A stretch of DNA of 62,697 bases, counting the filler, from Choristocarpus tenellus KU-1152 (Eukaryota > Protista > Phaeophyceae), in assembly GCA_964200185.2 (NCBI GenBank). It is 8 parts of 8 records of this genome, joined end to end, with 100 filler letters (N's around TTAATTAATTAA, not from the genome) between each part and the next. Parts side by side here need not be neighbours in the genome. Positions count along the whole stretch, not along the records: positions 36,587 to 40,372 come from CAXNAD020017926.1; positions 40,473 to 50,795 come from CAXNAD020002992.1; 6 more parts are not named here. One strand, 5' to 3'. Position 1 is the first letter of the stretch. Each line of letters opens with the position of its first letter. The notes beneath the pieces were generated by a model. It saw only the letters and a list, made by a program, of their open reading frames with translations, made no database searches and had not been told where the DNA came from. Positions 37,235 through 50,895 of the stretch are shown in pieces. Position numbers and translations under genes: made by a program.

Positions 37235-39666
37235 TGCGCGCCTCAATACACCTCGAACACAACTGTTTGCAGCTCCTGTGCAGTCACTCAGTGAAGCTGG
37301 TGGGGGCAACGTAGCGTAAGTGCAAGATTTTATTATGCAGAAGTAGGGACACAATATACAGCATAGTGAGGGGAAGGGGCAAGGCTTCAATAGTACATTG
37401 GAGGGGCAGCATGGGACGGAGTAATGGGAACATCGCTGTGTCCATTGTGGTGCTCCCTGTTTTGTTTTGTGAGTGTGGTGGTTGAGAGGAAAATCTCTTT
37501 GTAGCGTTTGCTGCGACAAAGGAATCCAACCCAATTTTTGACAACGATTTCGTTGGGAAAAGTGTGGTGGAAGTGTTTTCCACCAGTAAGCACTAGAGAA
37601 GGCCTTTGGAGATTTGGGCGTATTGCTCATGCCTTACATCTATCTCATGTGCCAACATTTATTGGAAGGAGAGGACTAAGATTTTGGAAGTGGTGCATGC
37701 TATGCTGCCAGCGTGCAACATCCATGCTATGGATTGGGAATTTGGAATATGAGCAAGTGCGAAGCAAATCTTGTGCCTGGGTGAGACTTACCAGACTCTG
37801 TTGTGAGAACAGCATAAGCGGAGTCTGTCCACTAACATGAATGACTTTTTTTTTCCCAGATGAGATGCACGTTGTGTAGAGCTAGCTCTGCCACTGTCCA
37901 AAATTCATTGATATTATTGGGTAAGGAGGAAGATCGGTCCCTTGTTTGTCATGCCTTAACGGAACCCTTTCCGGGCTTGACTTTGAGGATGTAGCATGCA
38001 TCGACTTGAGTGATGATGGCATTGAAAAAATGTAACTGTTGAAACACCCTTACACATACACTCGCATTTTGAAGGTAAGTTCCAACTAGCAGGATCAAGC
38101 GATGCATGCCCATTTTGTCAAAGCTAGCACTGCAATCTCCTCTCACTGTTGTGAGATCCCCTGCCCCTTTCTACTCCTACATTTAACAGTAGGCAATTCC
38201 CCAACATTCAACCCACTATATGGAAACTTCGGACACCTTGCTAGGCAGGTACTCCAGGTTATTTGAGCTCTTCACAGTGCAGTTTGGGCCCCATCAATTG
38301 GAATGTAGAAGAGGTTTTCTCGCAGTCTAGTAGAAGGACCAGAGTGTTGTTGTGATTCTTATCCAATTTAAGACTGCTCAACATTACTGCAACTCCTTCC
38401 AGGAGAGAGTAGATGTTCTATGTTGTGAATACTGAGCAAGAAACAAAAAGCGTTTCATTTTTACTCTGGAGTTACTCAGCAATATTGGGTTGGTGAGTAA
38501 GCACTGTAGAGCTGTACTGCACACATTCTTGTGATTTCTCAACATAATGTATTACTAGTGTCTAAAACCTTTCTTTAAGCTCTATTACAAAGTCCAGTAT
38601 TATCACGATATAGTACTTTCCACTGGTAGTTTTTCTCACTTAGTCTGTACTATATAATACAGCTCTTCAACTGGCAGAGCTGTAAGTAAAGTGTATCACA
38701 CAGCATCATGGACCACCTGTTGTGATAAAATAGTGATACTTCACAAGTATTAACCTTTTAAGATTCCAAACGCCCCCAACACGATCATACAACACTATTG
38801 TATCAGTCCAACACGTACTACCTCAACTACCAACACATTAGAAACTGCTCAAGATTAAAAAATTAGGCTCCTATCTAAATAGTTCCTCTTTATGCCGATC
38901 CTTGCATGCACAACAGGAAGGCATATTAATACTCCGTTTTGTGACAGATTTATTTTGCACCAGTGTCCCAATGCGGAGATTTCGTCTATCACGTCCCAAA
39001 CCTCTAAGTGCTAAAACACTTGAGTCTTTTCCTCCTCTCCCTGTCACACTTTAAACACACGAAGGTTTGAGGGTTAGGGTTAGATGATGGGGTTCTACCA
39101 CCCCTGTAGTCTTTGGTATGGACTTCTGTCTACCTACTATACTAATGTCATCGTAGTGGGTACTACCCCACCAGCACTGCCTAGACTGGGGCCTCTTTCC
39201 ATGAGGTCCTATCTTTTTCCCCTCCCCCCCACAAGTTACCTCTTCCTTGTCCAATGGTGATCACTATGGCACACATGGTAACCCCACATAACCAAAAAAC
39301 GATCAACATGTGAACTTGGAAGTTCACTGTTTAACAACACAACATCCTCGCCACATGAAAAAACAGTCACTAAGAGGATTCGTGGTTGGGCATGTTGATG
39401 GAAGTGCCACAGTTATCTATATCACTGCTACATCACTGCTACAGAGCACACCCCAACCAAACAACACTGAGAGCTACTTTCCAACAAATAGCTATCTACA
39501 TCTAGCCCCCAAGACAGTAACAGCGGAACTGCATGGCCCACTCGACTCTGCCTGTTCAAAAGCAAAGTGCTGATTGCTCGGGTAGGTTTCAGGGCAGGGG
39601 AGTCGAAACACTTATGGAACAAACGAACTCGACCTAACCGACTCCTGTTGATAGTGGTGTCTGCTC

Positions 39667-40309
39667 TTAAATGCCTTCACCACCAGTACTACCACTGCTC
39701 TCGCCCACATCGTTATGAATGTCTTCGCTGAAGTCAATGTCATCATCTTCATCTGGGCGAAATGTTGAGAGGCTTTCCCTCAACTTCCTTGAGGTCATCC
39801 CATCCTCACCCACACTTTCAGTGCCCCCTGGGGAACCCATGTCCCAGTCCTTGCCCATCCCTACGACTGACACCACCGCCTGCGCAGGCGAGGGAAAGAA
39901 GGGGGGTAGTTGTTCAAATATGCTTGTCGTGACTGAGAGGTACGGTGTGTGGATTGACAAATGGCACGAGAGGCTTTTGATATCTAACCTTAACCCTAAG
40001 GGATGATATTCGAGTTGTCTTGAAATAGTAGCACTTTGCCTGATGTATGAAACAAAACAATCGTGGTTTGACAGTTTCACATTTGGAGGGAGATTTAGCA
40101 GATGATCAGGGAGGCCATGTTGTCCACAATATAATGCGGCAACAAATGGAGCACACAAAACGAGAGTATGGAGCAGAGGTTCTTGCCCATAAAGCAAACC
40201 ATTCCCCTCAAGTCACTCTTGCACCTTAGCAGGCCTGATGATGCATGAGCGGACGTAAGGAACAATCCACCTAGCAAGCTCATATCGGACATAGCCAAAT
40301 CCGTATGTC
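39667..40309 (-). CDS. 3' end of an unidentified gene (exons 40309-40225, 39879-39667)
   Basis: TYGFGYVRYELARWIVPYVRSCIIRPAK|AVVSVVGMGKDWDMGSPGG...DEDDDIDFSEDIHNDVGESSGSTGGEGI*. The phase-0 junction is GT-AG; the gene is cut by the contig end. Confidence 0.6.
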
Positions 40310-40472
40310 CTGCGTGTGTGTGTGGGGGGGGGGGGGTGGGGTTGTAGGGGTGGGGGTGGGGCATACATAGGGNNNNNNNNNNNNNNNNNNNNNNNNNNNN
40401 NNNNNNNNNNNNNNNNTTAATTAATTAANNNNNNNNNNNNNNNNNNNNNNNNNNNNNNNNNNNNNNNNNNNN

Positions 40473-40610
40473 GGGAGCTAAGGAAGCATCCCAAGAATCC
40501 AACAGACCCCTCCTTGCCCATCTCCCTGGTGACTCTAGCCACTATTTATTATTATGCCCTCTGACATTTTGCATATGTGTCAGAGGGGAGGGAAACCAAT
40601 GAAAACTATC
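40473..40610 (-). mobile_element. RLE-LINE family 3' fragments (reverse orientation)
   Basis: ccttgcccatctccctggtgactctagc and ttattattatgccctctgacattttgcatatgtgtcagaggg match the 9318/12508 family. Confidence 0.75.
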
Positions 40611-42114
40611 TTGCACCATTCTAATTTATATCAGTATGGAACTACTGATTGGTGGTAATGTTCTAAGGATGTAAGTACATAGAAGTTGGTATATGAAAGG
40701 GTCATTACTAATTGAATAGGATACGACATACATAAGACAAATATACCTTATTCCAACTAGATGACTATTCTCTATATACGTAAGCATATCCTTCCAACTA
40801 TTCTTTCACTCAAATAATAGTATTTATTGAATATAAATTAAATTATATATAATTGGTTTGTGGTAAATGCGATTCGTGGTACGTATGGCTTAACACAAGG
40901 ATAATCGAATGATCTATCATTTGGGACCCTTTGTTGATGCAGGTGGGGGCCAGTATTATACGTTCTTATCTTGGTACATTAAAATCTAGAAGACAAGGCA
41001 ACAAAGGCCTACAAGGGTACGTAGCCCTAAGGTTCCGTCACAAGCAGCTTGTCAGCAGTGATTGAGATACTAATTTCCCCGAGAAAAAGTTGAGGTGCGT
41101 AGGCATCCAAGAGTCAAGGTGAGGAATGTAGTTCCTAGACATGGGATGTGCGGAGTCACTGAAACAGAACAAACCAGGTCACCCCATAGTGTTTAAGTTG
41201 GCTTCAGGTATGGTACCGGTGGATGCATTGTAGGTCTGAAATACCTCCATGGGACTGATTCTATATCCAAGGGCTGTACTGTGCTAGCGAAGCGAGAGGA
41301 TGTCAAGATTGCGTGAATGTGGTGTGAGACTTGCGACGTTTCTGTGTTCGGGTCACCATCTTGGTCTTGAGAATGATCTTGAGTTAGATCTCCCGTATTA
41401 TCACAGCGCTCGTTTTGGTGTTGTAAATGACTTCCTCGTGTTGAAAACAAAAGGATTCAGCAGCTGCCTTCCCCAAGGTTCTCCCTCTTGCACACATCCC
41501 AACATAAGTTGTCCATCTTGGATGGAATAGCAAGGATTTGTAATAGAAGTAGTGGTGTGGGATATATCTACTTGATGTGAATTTTGTTCTTATTGTGTTC
41601 TTTACTATGACCTTGGTCGTGCATTCCCCACATATTGTCCTCGTATGCAGACAATGTTCACTTTTTGAGCGTGGTAAAGTTACTAAGCGAAATATTGTGT
41701 CCTTCTTGGAGGAGTGACTGCAATGACCACACTTCAAGTCCTGAACCCACCTGTTTACCACAGGAAAACCCTGCTGGCATCAGCAAAGCACAGGAAGCAT
41801 AGGTCAGAGGTATAAGGGAAGACTGCGACGGCCAACTGGGGAAATTTGCCCTCAATATAGATAGGACTTCTGTGATCATTGAGGATCATTGAGCTGGAAG
41901 GAATCCTTGCTTGGATCGACAAGAGCGGAGGGACAGTGTGATGAGTCAACTCTGTAGAACGAGAGAGGAGTTCCCATCTTCCCACGGCGAGGGTCAGCCA
42001 CGAACGGCTGTATTGGACGGGGAAGGGGGGAAGGGTGGAATTCGGGGAAGGGGTAGGGGCGTTAGTGGGAGCCTGAACAGGGGCTGGGGTGGAGGATTTG
42101 GGAGAGAAATACCA

Positions 42115-44917
42115 ATGTGGCGTGGAAGATCAACGGTGGTTTGGGCGGTTATGGCATTGGCTATGGCGCTGTTGGTGGGTCCGGCATCTGCAAAATCCCA
42201 GCGCTATAACCACCGGGACCCTGTGCCTGTGATCGCCAACAAGGTATTATAATGCAGGAGTATAGGTGGGGGATAGGGGGGAAGCTGGGTAATCTGGTGT
42301 TGTCACACTAAATTAGTATTTGTAGTGCGATTTTATCTAGATAATTAAATGTTCTGGGAGTCTGGAGATAGGAGTAGATAAAGGCTGGCAAGCATGGTAC
42401 GGACCTACAAGTCAAAACACGAAATTCCACCAATATGGTTCAGTTGACTTGTCACTTGTTAATTTTTTGTTAATTTTTATTTGAGCTCTGAAGCCGGTAC
42501 TGATCTAATGTGTGTATCTGGTGGGTCGAGATTTTGGAAGGCTCTGATGAGATTTGGTATCCATGGAGTCAAGTATCTAAGGACCACAATGTAAGACTCA
42601 TTTACAGCTAGCATCTCACCGTTATTTGCAAGCGTGTGTGCTACATCTCTCTCAAGTTTATTTTTGGTGGGGGAAGGAGTTGAAATGAGTGCAGTGTGCT
42701 GTGGTGTGTGTTTGTGTGCCCTTCTACTGAGTATCTATTTGTTGATTTGCTTACATGTGAGAGATGTGTACGGTAATGTGTATGAAACGGTAAAGCATGT
42801 GTAACTGCCATTCCATTGCGGTTTTGAGTACTATTGTTGGAATGGGACCGTAATACCTGAAAATGTTTAATATTTTTGTTTGTATATATATTGATACATA
42901 TGTATTGCAACAAGTTTATTGTGTGCTTTGGCTCTCTTCCTTCTCTACTGCCGTTGTGTATTTTATTTGTTGCTATTGCTACTCTCTTGTGGTGTTACTT
43001 TGTTTCAGAATGTGCTTTCCTTTGTCTTTTTTTTAACATCTTGTACACTGCCAAAGGGAACAATGACATTAAATGTACCTTCAGGAGAGAGGGGTGGGGT
43101 GCAGTGACCACAGGCGAAAAGCGTGTTGGTTTTTATTTCTTTATTTCTTTCTTCTCTAGCGACAGCATATTATTCATTGAAAAGGGTGTAACGAATCCAA
43201 CCCCTTTTTTCCTTTTTTTTTGTTGTGATTTGACTCTTGGTACGTGGTAACAGACAGCGAAAAAGGGTGGACACAATGAACTATATACCCGCCGATCTTT
43301 TTTGTTATTTTCTTGTAAAAAAAAATAAATTGTTTTTTCGGATGGTTTGGAATGATAAATGATATTCAAAGCGGAAAATATGTTTGTTTTTGTGCGTTTT
43401 CATTCCTAACTCAACAGCCTCATTGTATCATTTCCAGGCGTTTTTTTTTTTAAAGAGCAAAAGCTCGAGACGGGAAAGGGTTTTTTTTGTATAGTGCAGA
43501 AGCCTTCTGAAGTAGAAGTAGTGGTGTTTTACTGGTTGAGAGGTTATTGTTGCTTTGAAGGCGTGTCTGGTATTGGTAGTGGCTCTTCTGATTTTTTTTT
43601 GCATGGTGTGTGTCCCTTTCTTCCTTTTTTTTCTTTTTTCTCTTTCCCCCCCCCTCCCCCCGACACACCCCTCTCCTCTTTGTATTTAGAAATTGCAGTT
43701 CACGACCCACTTTGTCCGTAATTGTTTGCATGCGTACGTACTGTTGAAACTTTAGAAAAGAGCCGGTAGATAGCTGGCTTCTTTTCTCGGTGGCTGGCTA
43801 AGTAGTGGCTTACTTAAGTTTCAACACGTTCGTATTGATCAAAAAAATAAATATTTGTTGGACGTATTCCTCGAGTAGTAGGAGAAGTGGAGGCTCTGGG
43901 GCTCTCCTGCTGTGCCCCATGTATACACTTCTGGGACTTTTTAAAATTCTGTGACACTGGATCTGGAGAAAACTTTTATTGTTTTTATTGGAGGTTTTAG
44001 TCCAAAGGAAAGATCTCCCAAGGCCCTCAGTTTGTGCTATATCCTCCTACTATCTGAACTAATTTGTGTAGATATATGTAATGTAATGTAGTTCCTTTTT
44101 TTTGGGGGGGGGGGGGTAATCATGAGTCTAGTGAGGTTTGGATTTTGTTTGGTGGCATGGTATGCCATTGCACTGCCAACTACAATGGTATATTGGGTTA
44201 GGGTTAGGGTTAGGGTTATATCATCAGAGATATACGTGATACTGACTGCCCTTCCCCCCATCTATCTCTTGGGAAGCTGTGTTCGGGTCACCATTTTTTA
44301 AAAATTTTATAGCCCTATTAATGAGCTACATTCTTGAGGTACATTTTTGAAATGATTCACTGACAGGCGTTATTGTCGCTATTGCTATTGTAATATTATT
44401 TACATTTAAGCAGGCCTCATGGAGTAGGTTAGTTTTTTTTTCAAAAATGATAATAGAAAAAATAAAAAAGGAAATTTTCTTTTTTTTCACAGTGGTGTTT
44501 TGGCCTGGGGGAGGGGCTGTTGTGTGTGGGGTATTGTGATAGTATTGAACAGAGATGAAAAAATGTTTTGAGTTTTATCATTTATGGGCAAAATTGGGTA
44601 GATTCCTGCCAACCAGTTGTTGGGGGGATCGATGGATTGATGTGACATTATAAGGTATAGCGTCAATATACCTTATTATATGTGAGGTATTTTTAGCACT
44701 GAGGGTGTATATTCAGTACATCATATCGTAATTGTTTTGTTCCACAGTAGGTTAGTTTGGTCGGACTGTGGTGCTAACATTGTCAGTCTTGGGGTTAGGG
44801 TTAGGGTTGGTAGGGGGGGGGGGGGGGGGGGAAAGAAAAAAAGGTTTTTGGGAGGGGGAAAATTTTGTTTTTTTTTTTTNNNNNNNNNNGGGGGGGGTGG
44901 GTTAGGGTTGGGGGGGT

Positions 44918-44962
<45 letters not shown>

Positions 44963-47900
44963 AAGAATAGAATGCTTTTGAGTAGGTGAAAAGTCTGCTT
45001 ATCTGTTCTTGTGTGTTTGCTCTGTTGTCAGTGGTAGCTCCTTTGGTGTTTGAGAAGGGTAGCATGACCCTGTTTATTATTATTATTTACAGTAACAGAA
45101 GCACCTTCTTGGGCGTGTCTGTTTCGGTTGGTGTTTGTTTTGTGGCATAGGAACACTGACTACGCATTTTTTCCCCTTTAGGTTTGGAGCTAGGGTTACG
45201 GTCAGGGTATCTTGTTTACATGCATACGGTAACACTCTTTAGAAGATCTTTTTTTTTGTTCTAATATCAAATTTAAAAAAAAATGTCGCACGCTTCAACA
45301 ATGTCATTATCATCCGTAGAATAAAACCTCTCTTTGATCTACTTCGTTACCCTCCCTCCCTCCCTCCCTCCCTTCCTTCCCTCCTTCCCTCCTTCCCTCC
45401 TTCCCTTCTTCCCTTTCTTCCTTGCTTCGTCTCCCCCCTGCCCTCACACGCCATGACCATATCAGAGTTAATATTTTTCCACATTTCTCTTTTTTGTTCT
45501 TCGTTTTTAATTCTTGTTTTATATTTCATACTTTATAATTTATGTTTTATATTTCATACTTCATAATTTATGCTTTATATTTCATACTTTATAATTTACA
45601 CTCTATATTTCATACTTCATAATTTTTGTTTTACATTTCGTACTTTAAAATCTATGCTTGATACTTTATACTTTATAATTTATGTTTCATATTTCATATT
45701 TCATACTTTGTATTTTATATTTTATATTTTATATTTTAGGTGTTCCCGTACAACAACCCTACGGAGACGTACAAGTACTACTCCCTTCCATTCTGCAGGG
45801 CAGACAGCAAGATGCACACCCCCAGGCAGCGTTTGGGGGAGTTTCTGGTTGGGGATAGGAAGGTTTGTGTGTGGGTGTATGATGGTTGTCGACTACTTGT
45901 GTCAGGGGTGTATGATGGTTTATGATGGTTGAGTGTGTGTTGTGCGTTAGCATTTCAAATGAGGACATTGTTGTACTGGTTGTACAAATGGGAAGGCGTT
46001 TATTGGTTTGTGGGAAGATTGTTGTTATGATGGGTAATGTTGTTGTAGTGCTTGTATGTTTGGGAAGGCGTTTATTGGTTTGTAGGAAGATTGTTATGAT
46101 GGGTAATGTTGTTGCAGTGCTTGTATGTTTGGGAAGGTGTTTATTGGTTTGTGGGAAGATTGTTGTTGGTTGGTAAGTGTTGCCAAGGTGTTTGTTGATT
46201 TGTGCTGAGGTCATTGTTATGGCGGGTAATTTTTGTAGTGATTGTATATATTGGGATGGCGTTTATTGGTTCGTGGGAAGATTGTTGTTACGATGGGTAA
46301 TGTTGTTGTAGTGCTTGTATGTATGGGAAGGTGTTTATTGGTTTATGGGAAGATCATTGTTATTGATGGGTAATTGTTGTACTGGTCGTATGTATGGCAA
46401 GGCGTTTATTGGTTTATGACAAGGTTAGTACGAATTAACTGTAATTTGTGCTGCTTGTATGTGTGGGATGGTGTTTTTTTTTTGTGAAGATTCATTTTAT
46501 TTTTTAAAATTTTAATGTTCGGTTACGTGTGGTGTACAGGATTGTATCCATGGAATGACAATACAATCGATTTCATGTAAAAAATTAAATAAATATTTAT
46601 ATAAATAAAAATATGTAGTACTTCACTTTGCATTTAAAATATCATTTTGGGGGGGTTGCAGAGAGATCCATGTCGGGTGGGCACTTCAAGAGGCAAAAGG
46701 GATCACGGAAAAAAGTGGAGTGTAAGGTCTTTGGATTGTACAGGAGGGCCGTTGGTGTTTGTTATGCACGATTTCTAGACGCACGAGTGGAGCGATCCCT
46801 CCCCTGAGAACACCCTAACCCTAACCCTAACCCAGATTCTGTTGGGCAGACTGGCTAGATGGGGTCAATGTTGCCCCCCAAAGGTGGACAATAATGGGTT
46901 GTGTTGATTCTCAAATGGGACAAGTAGTTACATACCCGGTATGGTATGGGTAGAATAATTATTGTAGAACAATTACTTTTCTTTTGAACCGTTTTTTGTT
47001 TTTTTTCAAATCTGTGTGAGTTTCTACGCAGGTCGAAGGCGGTATGTTGTGATACATATATTTTATTTATTTGTTGATATCTGCTTTTTTTTGTTGGCGG
47101 GCACTTGTTACTACTATTCGATGTGGGGCTATCATGTCCATGTCCATCATGTTCATGTCATCATTTTGGGGGGTAGATCCCCTTCACCTCCCACCTCCCT
47201 AGCACACACACACACACACACTCACAAAAATATAGCTAGATTGAGGAAATTTTTTTGAAGTTTTGTCAGTTATTTTTTTGAATTCAACCTTGAGTTTTGT
47301 TTTTTTATTATTATTATTGTGTGGCATCATTCATGAAATAATAATAATAATATACTCGATTGAGAAAAAATCATTCAAAAACTTTATTCCAGCAATGATA
47401 ATGTTTTTTGTTTGTTTCTTTTCTTTTCTGGTGTTCAACAGGTGGAGGCGTCTTTATTTAATGTGGTGTATCAGAAAGATAGACAAGTGGAACGCCTCTG
47501 CAAGGTGACACTGGAACCAAGTGAGGTGAGTGAGAGAGAGGCTCTAATACATTGAACTTAATGTGGAACACTTGGCACTCATCTGTGTTCTGAAGTATGA
47601 GATGTTGTTCCTGCCAGATAGTGCTCTGTAGCAGTAGGAACCCCAATGCAGTGCTATAGAGTGGACCCTGTCCTTGTTTAGGCTGTTGAAACTGGGCAAC
47701 CTTTGTGAGAAAGTAACCATGTTGTGTCCTCCAACACACTAACAGCGATGGTCTTGACATATTCTGAGGGTTAGGGTTAGGGCGAACATAGGGTATTCAT
47801 TAACAGTGATGTTGAATGAACATATATCCATTATGTACATGCATTATATACATATGAACCCCTCCGTTGTTGTCCCATCCTGCTCTCCTTACAGGTGATG

Positions 47901-49882
47901 GAGTTTGCTGAGTCAATAAGGGAGAACGTTCACTTTGAGCTCTTCATTGATGACCTGCCTTTGGTTGGGTGAGAACTAGTAGGTGTTTTTTTAATTGAAT
48001 TGTTGTACAGCATTCATTTATTGGCTGATCTTATCTATTTATTTATTGTTGTATTTTATTTTATTTTATTCATTATTTGACGTTACTCTTACGTCAGCAA
48101 ATGTTTAAATTCTATGTGTTTTTTATTATTAAATTTTTTTTACGGGTGCTTGTGTGTGTGTGTGTTAGCGTTTGAGAACGGACCTTGCATTGTGTTTATT
48201 TTTTTACTATTTTTATTTTTATTAACCAATACAATACTGCAACAAAGATACTGCGATTTTTGATGTGATAATAGTGTCTTCCAATCCAATTTGATATATA
48301 TATATATATATATATTTGGTATTAGTGTGGTTGAATTAGGCCGACAATTTTGGTACAATCAAACGATTCATTTTCTTTTGTAGTGGAGTTGTAATGTGAA
48401 ACCATTTTTTTATTTTTATGGTTTCCTCCCGTGCCCGTTTTGTTTTCTTTTGTTCTGTCCTCGATGTTTGATGGAATTGGATGGGAAGGCCGGTGGGAGA
48501 GATGGAAGGTGTTGGACTTTTGTTCGGGAATTACATCAGGGGCATTGACAAGGCAAAGGTATACCTCTACACACACCTGTCATTCACCATCGGGTGAGAA
48601 CGCCATCCGGGATACAGGAATATCTATTTAATTGGCATGTGTGCAAGTTCAGTGCCCAAACATCTAGGATAGAGGATGTAGGGATCCAGTCGGATCGGGT
48701 TTTTTGTTATGTTTTTTTTAAAATATTGTTATCTCACTGTGACTCATGGTGCAATGATGACTCTTTTCGTGGTGTGGTATGTGGTGGTTTATTTTTAGTG
48801 GAAGGCGTAGTCTTATTCAAGGGTATAGTGCTTGATATACGCATCGTGCGTATTTATGTTTATTGGCAATTGATCAAATCAGACTGGTAATAATATTAAT
48901 AATAACAATAATAATAATACTTTGTATGGTGTTTTACGTTTCAGTTTTTTTCTGGGCAGTGTCGATGTTAGGTTTTTCTTAATTTTTTGTATTTATTTTT
49001 TTTGGGGGGGGGAGGGGGGAAAGGTTGGAAGAGGGAGATCAAAATTAAGTTTTACTCTTGTTGTGTGAGTCGTGATCTGCGATGGGGTGGAGGAGTGCAA
49101 TGTTCGTGTCTGACTGTGCATGTTTTTGTTCGTGTGATGGTTGGTATAGTGTGATGATATAGTGTGATCATTTTTATTTTATTATTGTAATTGAACTGGT
49201 TTCCCAAAGTGGGCATGTACCATTTTTAATGTTTGATTTTTGGGGGGTTTGTGAAATGTTGCTTTTTTTTGTTATTTTTTACATGATTTTTGGTATATTT
49301 TATACAGCACAACCTTAACCCTAATCCTAATCAATCCTTGCTCTCTCTGAACCAGAACACTTTAAAAAATGCATTGAATCACTCTTGTTTGATGCATTTT
49401 ATTGTATGTATGATGTAGAACCTACAACAAACCAAACCCCATGTGTGGCCCCTACTTTTTTTATTTTATGTTTCCTCTCAATGGATATTTTTGGGGGGTT
49501 AGGGTTAGAAATAGAAACAATCATGTAATATAATTGAAATGATGCTAGCAACAGTAATGGTAGCAATAGAGGTACAGCAAGCGATCATGTCTTTCTTTGG
49601 CAATAAGCATTGTGAGTACAACTAGTATGGATAGACGTTACTAGCTCTAACAATAATAAATAAAATAATGATGTTAGTGATGCCTATTTTTTAAAGAGAA
49701 ATATTTGCAAGTACAACTAGTGCGGATGGACAGTACTATCACTAACAACAATAATGATAATGATGATAATAATAATTATAATAATAAATGTTAGGTACAA
49801 CGGGGATCGTATTGTTGGTGTGGAAGTGTCCAATGTGGAGGGTTCTGGTATGGACTGGACTAGTGTGACTTCTGCAAAAAAG
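42115..49882 (+). CDS. Transmembrane 9 superfamily (EMP70/TM9SF) protein, N-terminal lumenal part; exons 42115-42243, 45740-45862, 47442-47525, 47895-47968, 48489-48593, 49795-49882; remainder beyond contig end
   Basis: Signal peptide then YNHRDPVPVIANK|VFPYNNPTETYKYYSLPFC...LGEFLVGDRK|...FELFIDDLPLVG|...VYLYTHLSFTIG|YNGDRIVGVEV. These are hallmark TM9SF motifs. Confidence 0.93.
45515..45738. repeat. AT-rich 7/28-bp periodic repeat (ttttatatttcatactttataatttatg) abutting the TM9SF exon-2 acceptor
   Basis: Visible heptamer-based periodicity. Confidence 0.75.
45960..46490. repeat. Degenerate ~70-bp minisatellite (~8 copies) in TM9SF intron 2
   Basis: ggaaggcgtttattggtttgtgggaagattgttgttatgatgggtaatgttgttgtagtgcttgtatg recurs at ~45991, 46063, 46132, 46253, 46325 and 46397. 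Confidence 0.85.
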
Positions 49883-50895
49883 GTAAGAGTGAATTCATTA
49901 GTATGGCTTTTCACTTTGTTGGACTATTGAATCACAATCTGTAGCTATCGCCTTAACCCTAACCCTAACACCCCGCTCTCTTACCTGGAATATTATGGTT
50001 AAGATTATGTTCATTGTTATTCTTCTGTGTGGGTGTATTTTCATGCTGGTCCCCTCTCTAAATACTGAGAAAAGGATTGATGAGGGAGGGGTTTGAACCC
50101 GCGAAATTCGTGAAGGGAACAGCGAAAAGGGGGTGTCGCTATTTTGGTATAGATGTGCATCGAAGAGGTTTTGAAGTGAGTAGTGTAGAACTGATGATAG
50201 AGTCGATGGAATTGTATGATTCTATGACTTGTAACCCTAAGCCTAAGCCTAACTAATTGTGTAAGAAATCATTGAAGGATTGAAGTATTCAATATATACT
50301 GTTAGTGGCATATATGAATAGTGCATATTTGTGGTATACCATATAGTGTCACACCGATCCCATGATCGACTTTGATCATTTTCATTTTAGACTTGTTGTG
50401 CTGGTGTAAAAACAATAATAAAAATGATATCGAAATTACTCTCTTGCCCTGTTCTTCCACCACTACATACCTACCTACCCATTGAGCTACCCAGAGTACC
50501 AGTACCAGTGTTACCGTCAATATTGTTTATTGTGTGTGTGTGTGTGTGTTTATGTTCCTATGGTGGTATTAATTCAATGTCAGGTGTTGCTTATTGTGTT
50601 AACGTGACTTTTTTGATGTTGTGTTACTGAATTCTCTGTGGGTGTATGATATATAGGTATACATAGGTTGTCTTGAAGACTATTTTAAGTGTGTGGTTGA
50701 TTAGTATTGAAATGAGTCCATGGTAGTATTTGTCGGAGATATTTCAAGAGACCTAAACACGTGCAAGAGAAAGGGTCAAAGTATCTGGGGGGGGGNNNNN
50801 NNNNNNNNNNNNNNNNNNNNNNNNNNNNNNNNNNNNNNNTTAATTAATTAANNNNNNNNNNNNNNNNNNNNNNNNNNNNNNNNNNNNNNNNNNNN

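Noticed and set aside
37270-38492. Several exon-like AG...GT segments on the plus strand
   Set aside because: Phases do not chain into one open frame and I recognise no homology.
45759-46214. 151-aa repetitive ORF (TTIFPQTNKRLP repeats)
   Set aside because: It is the antisense reading of an intronic minisatellite overlapping a real TM9SF exon.
50085-50110. gagggaggggtttgaacccgcg as a tRNA/SINE B-box (reverse strand GGTTCAAACC)
   Set aside because: No cloverleaf or A-box could be built, and it is too short to support a call.
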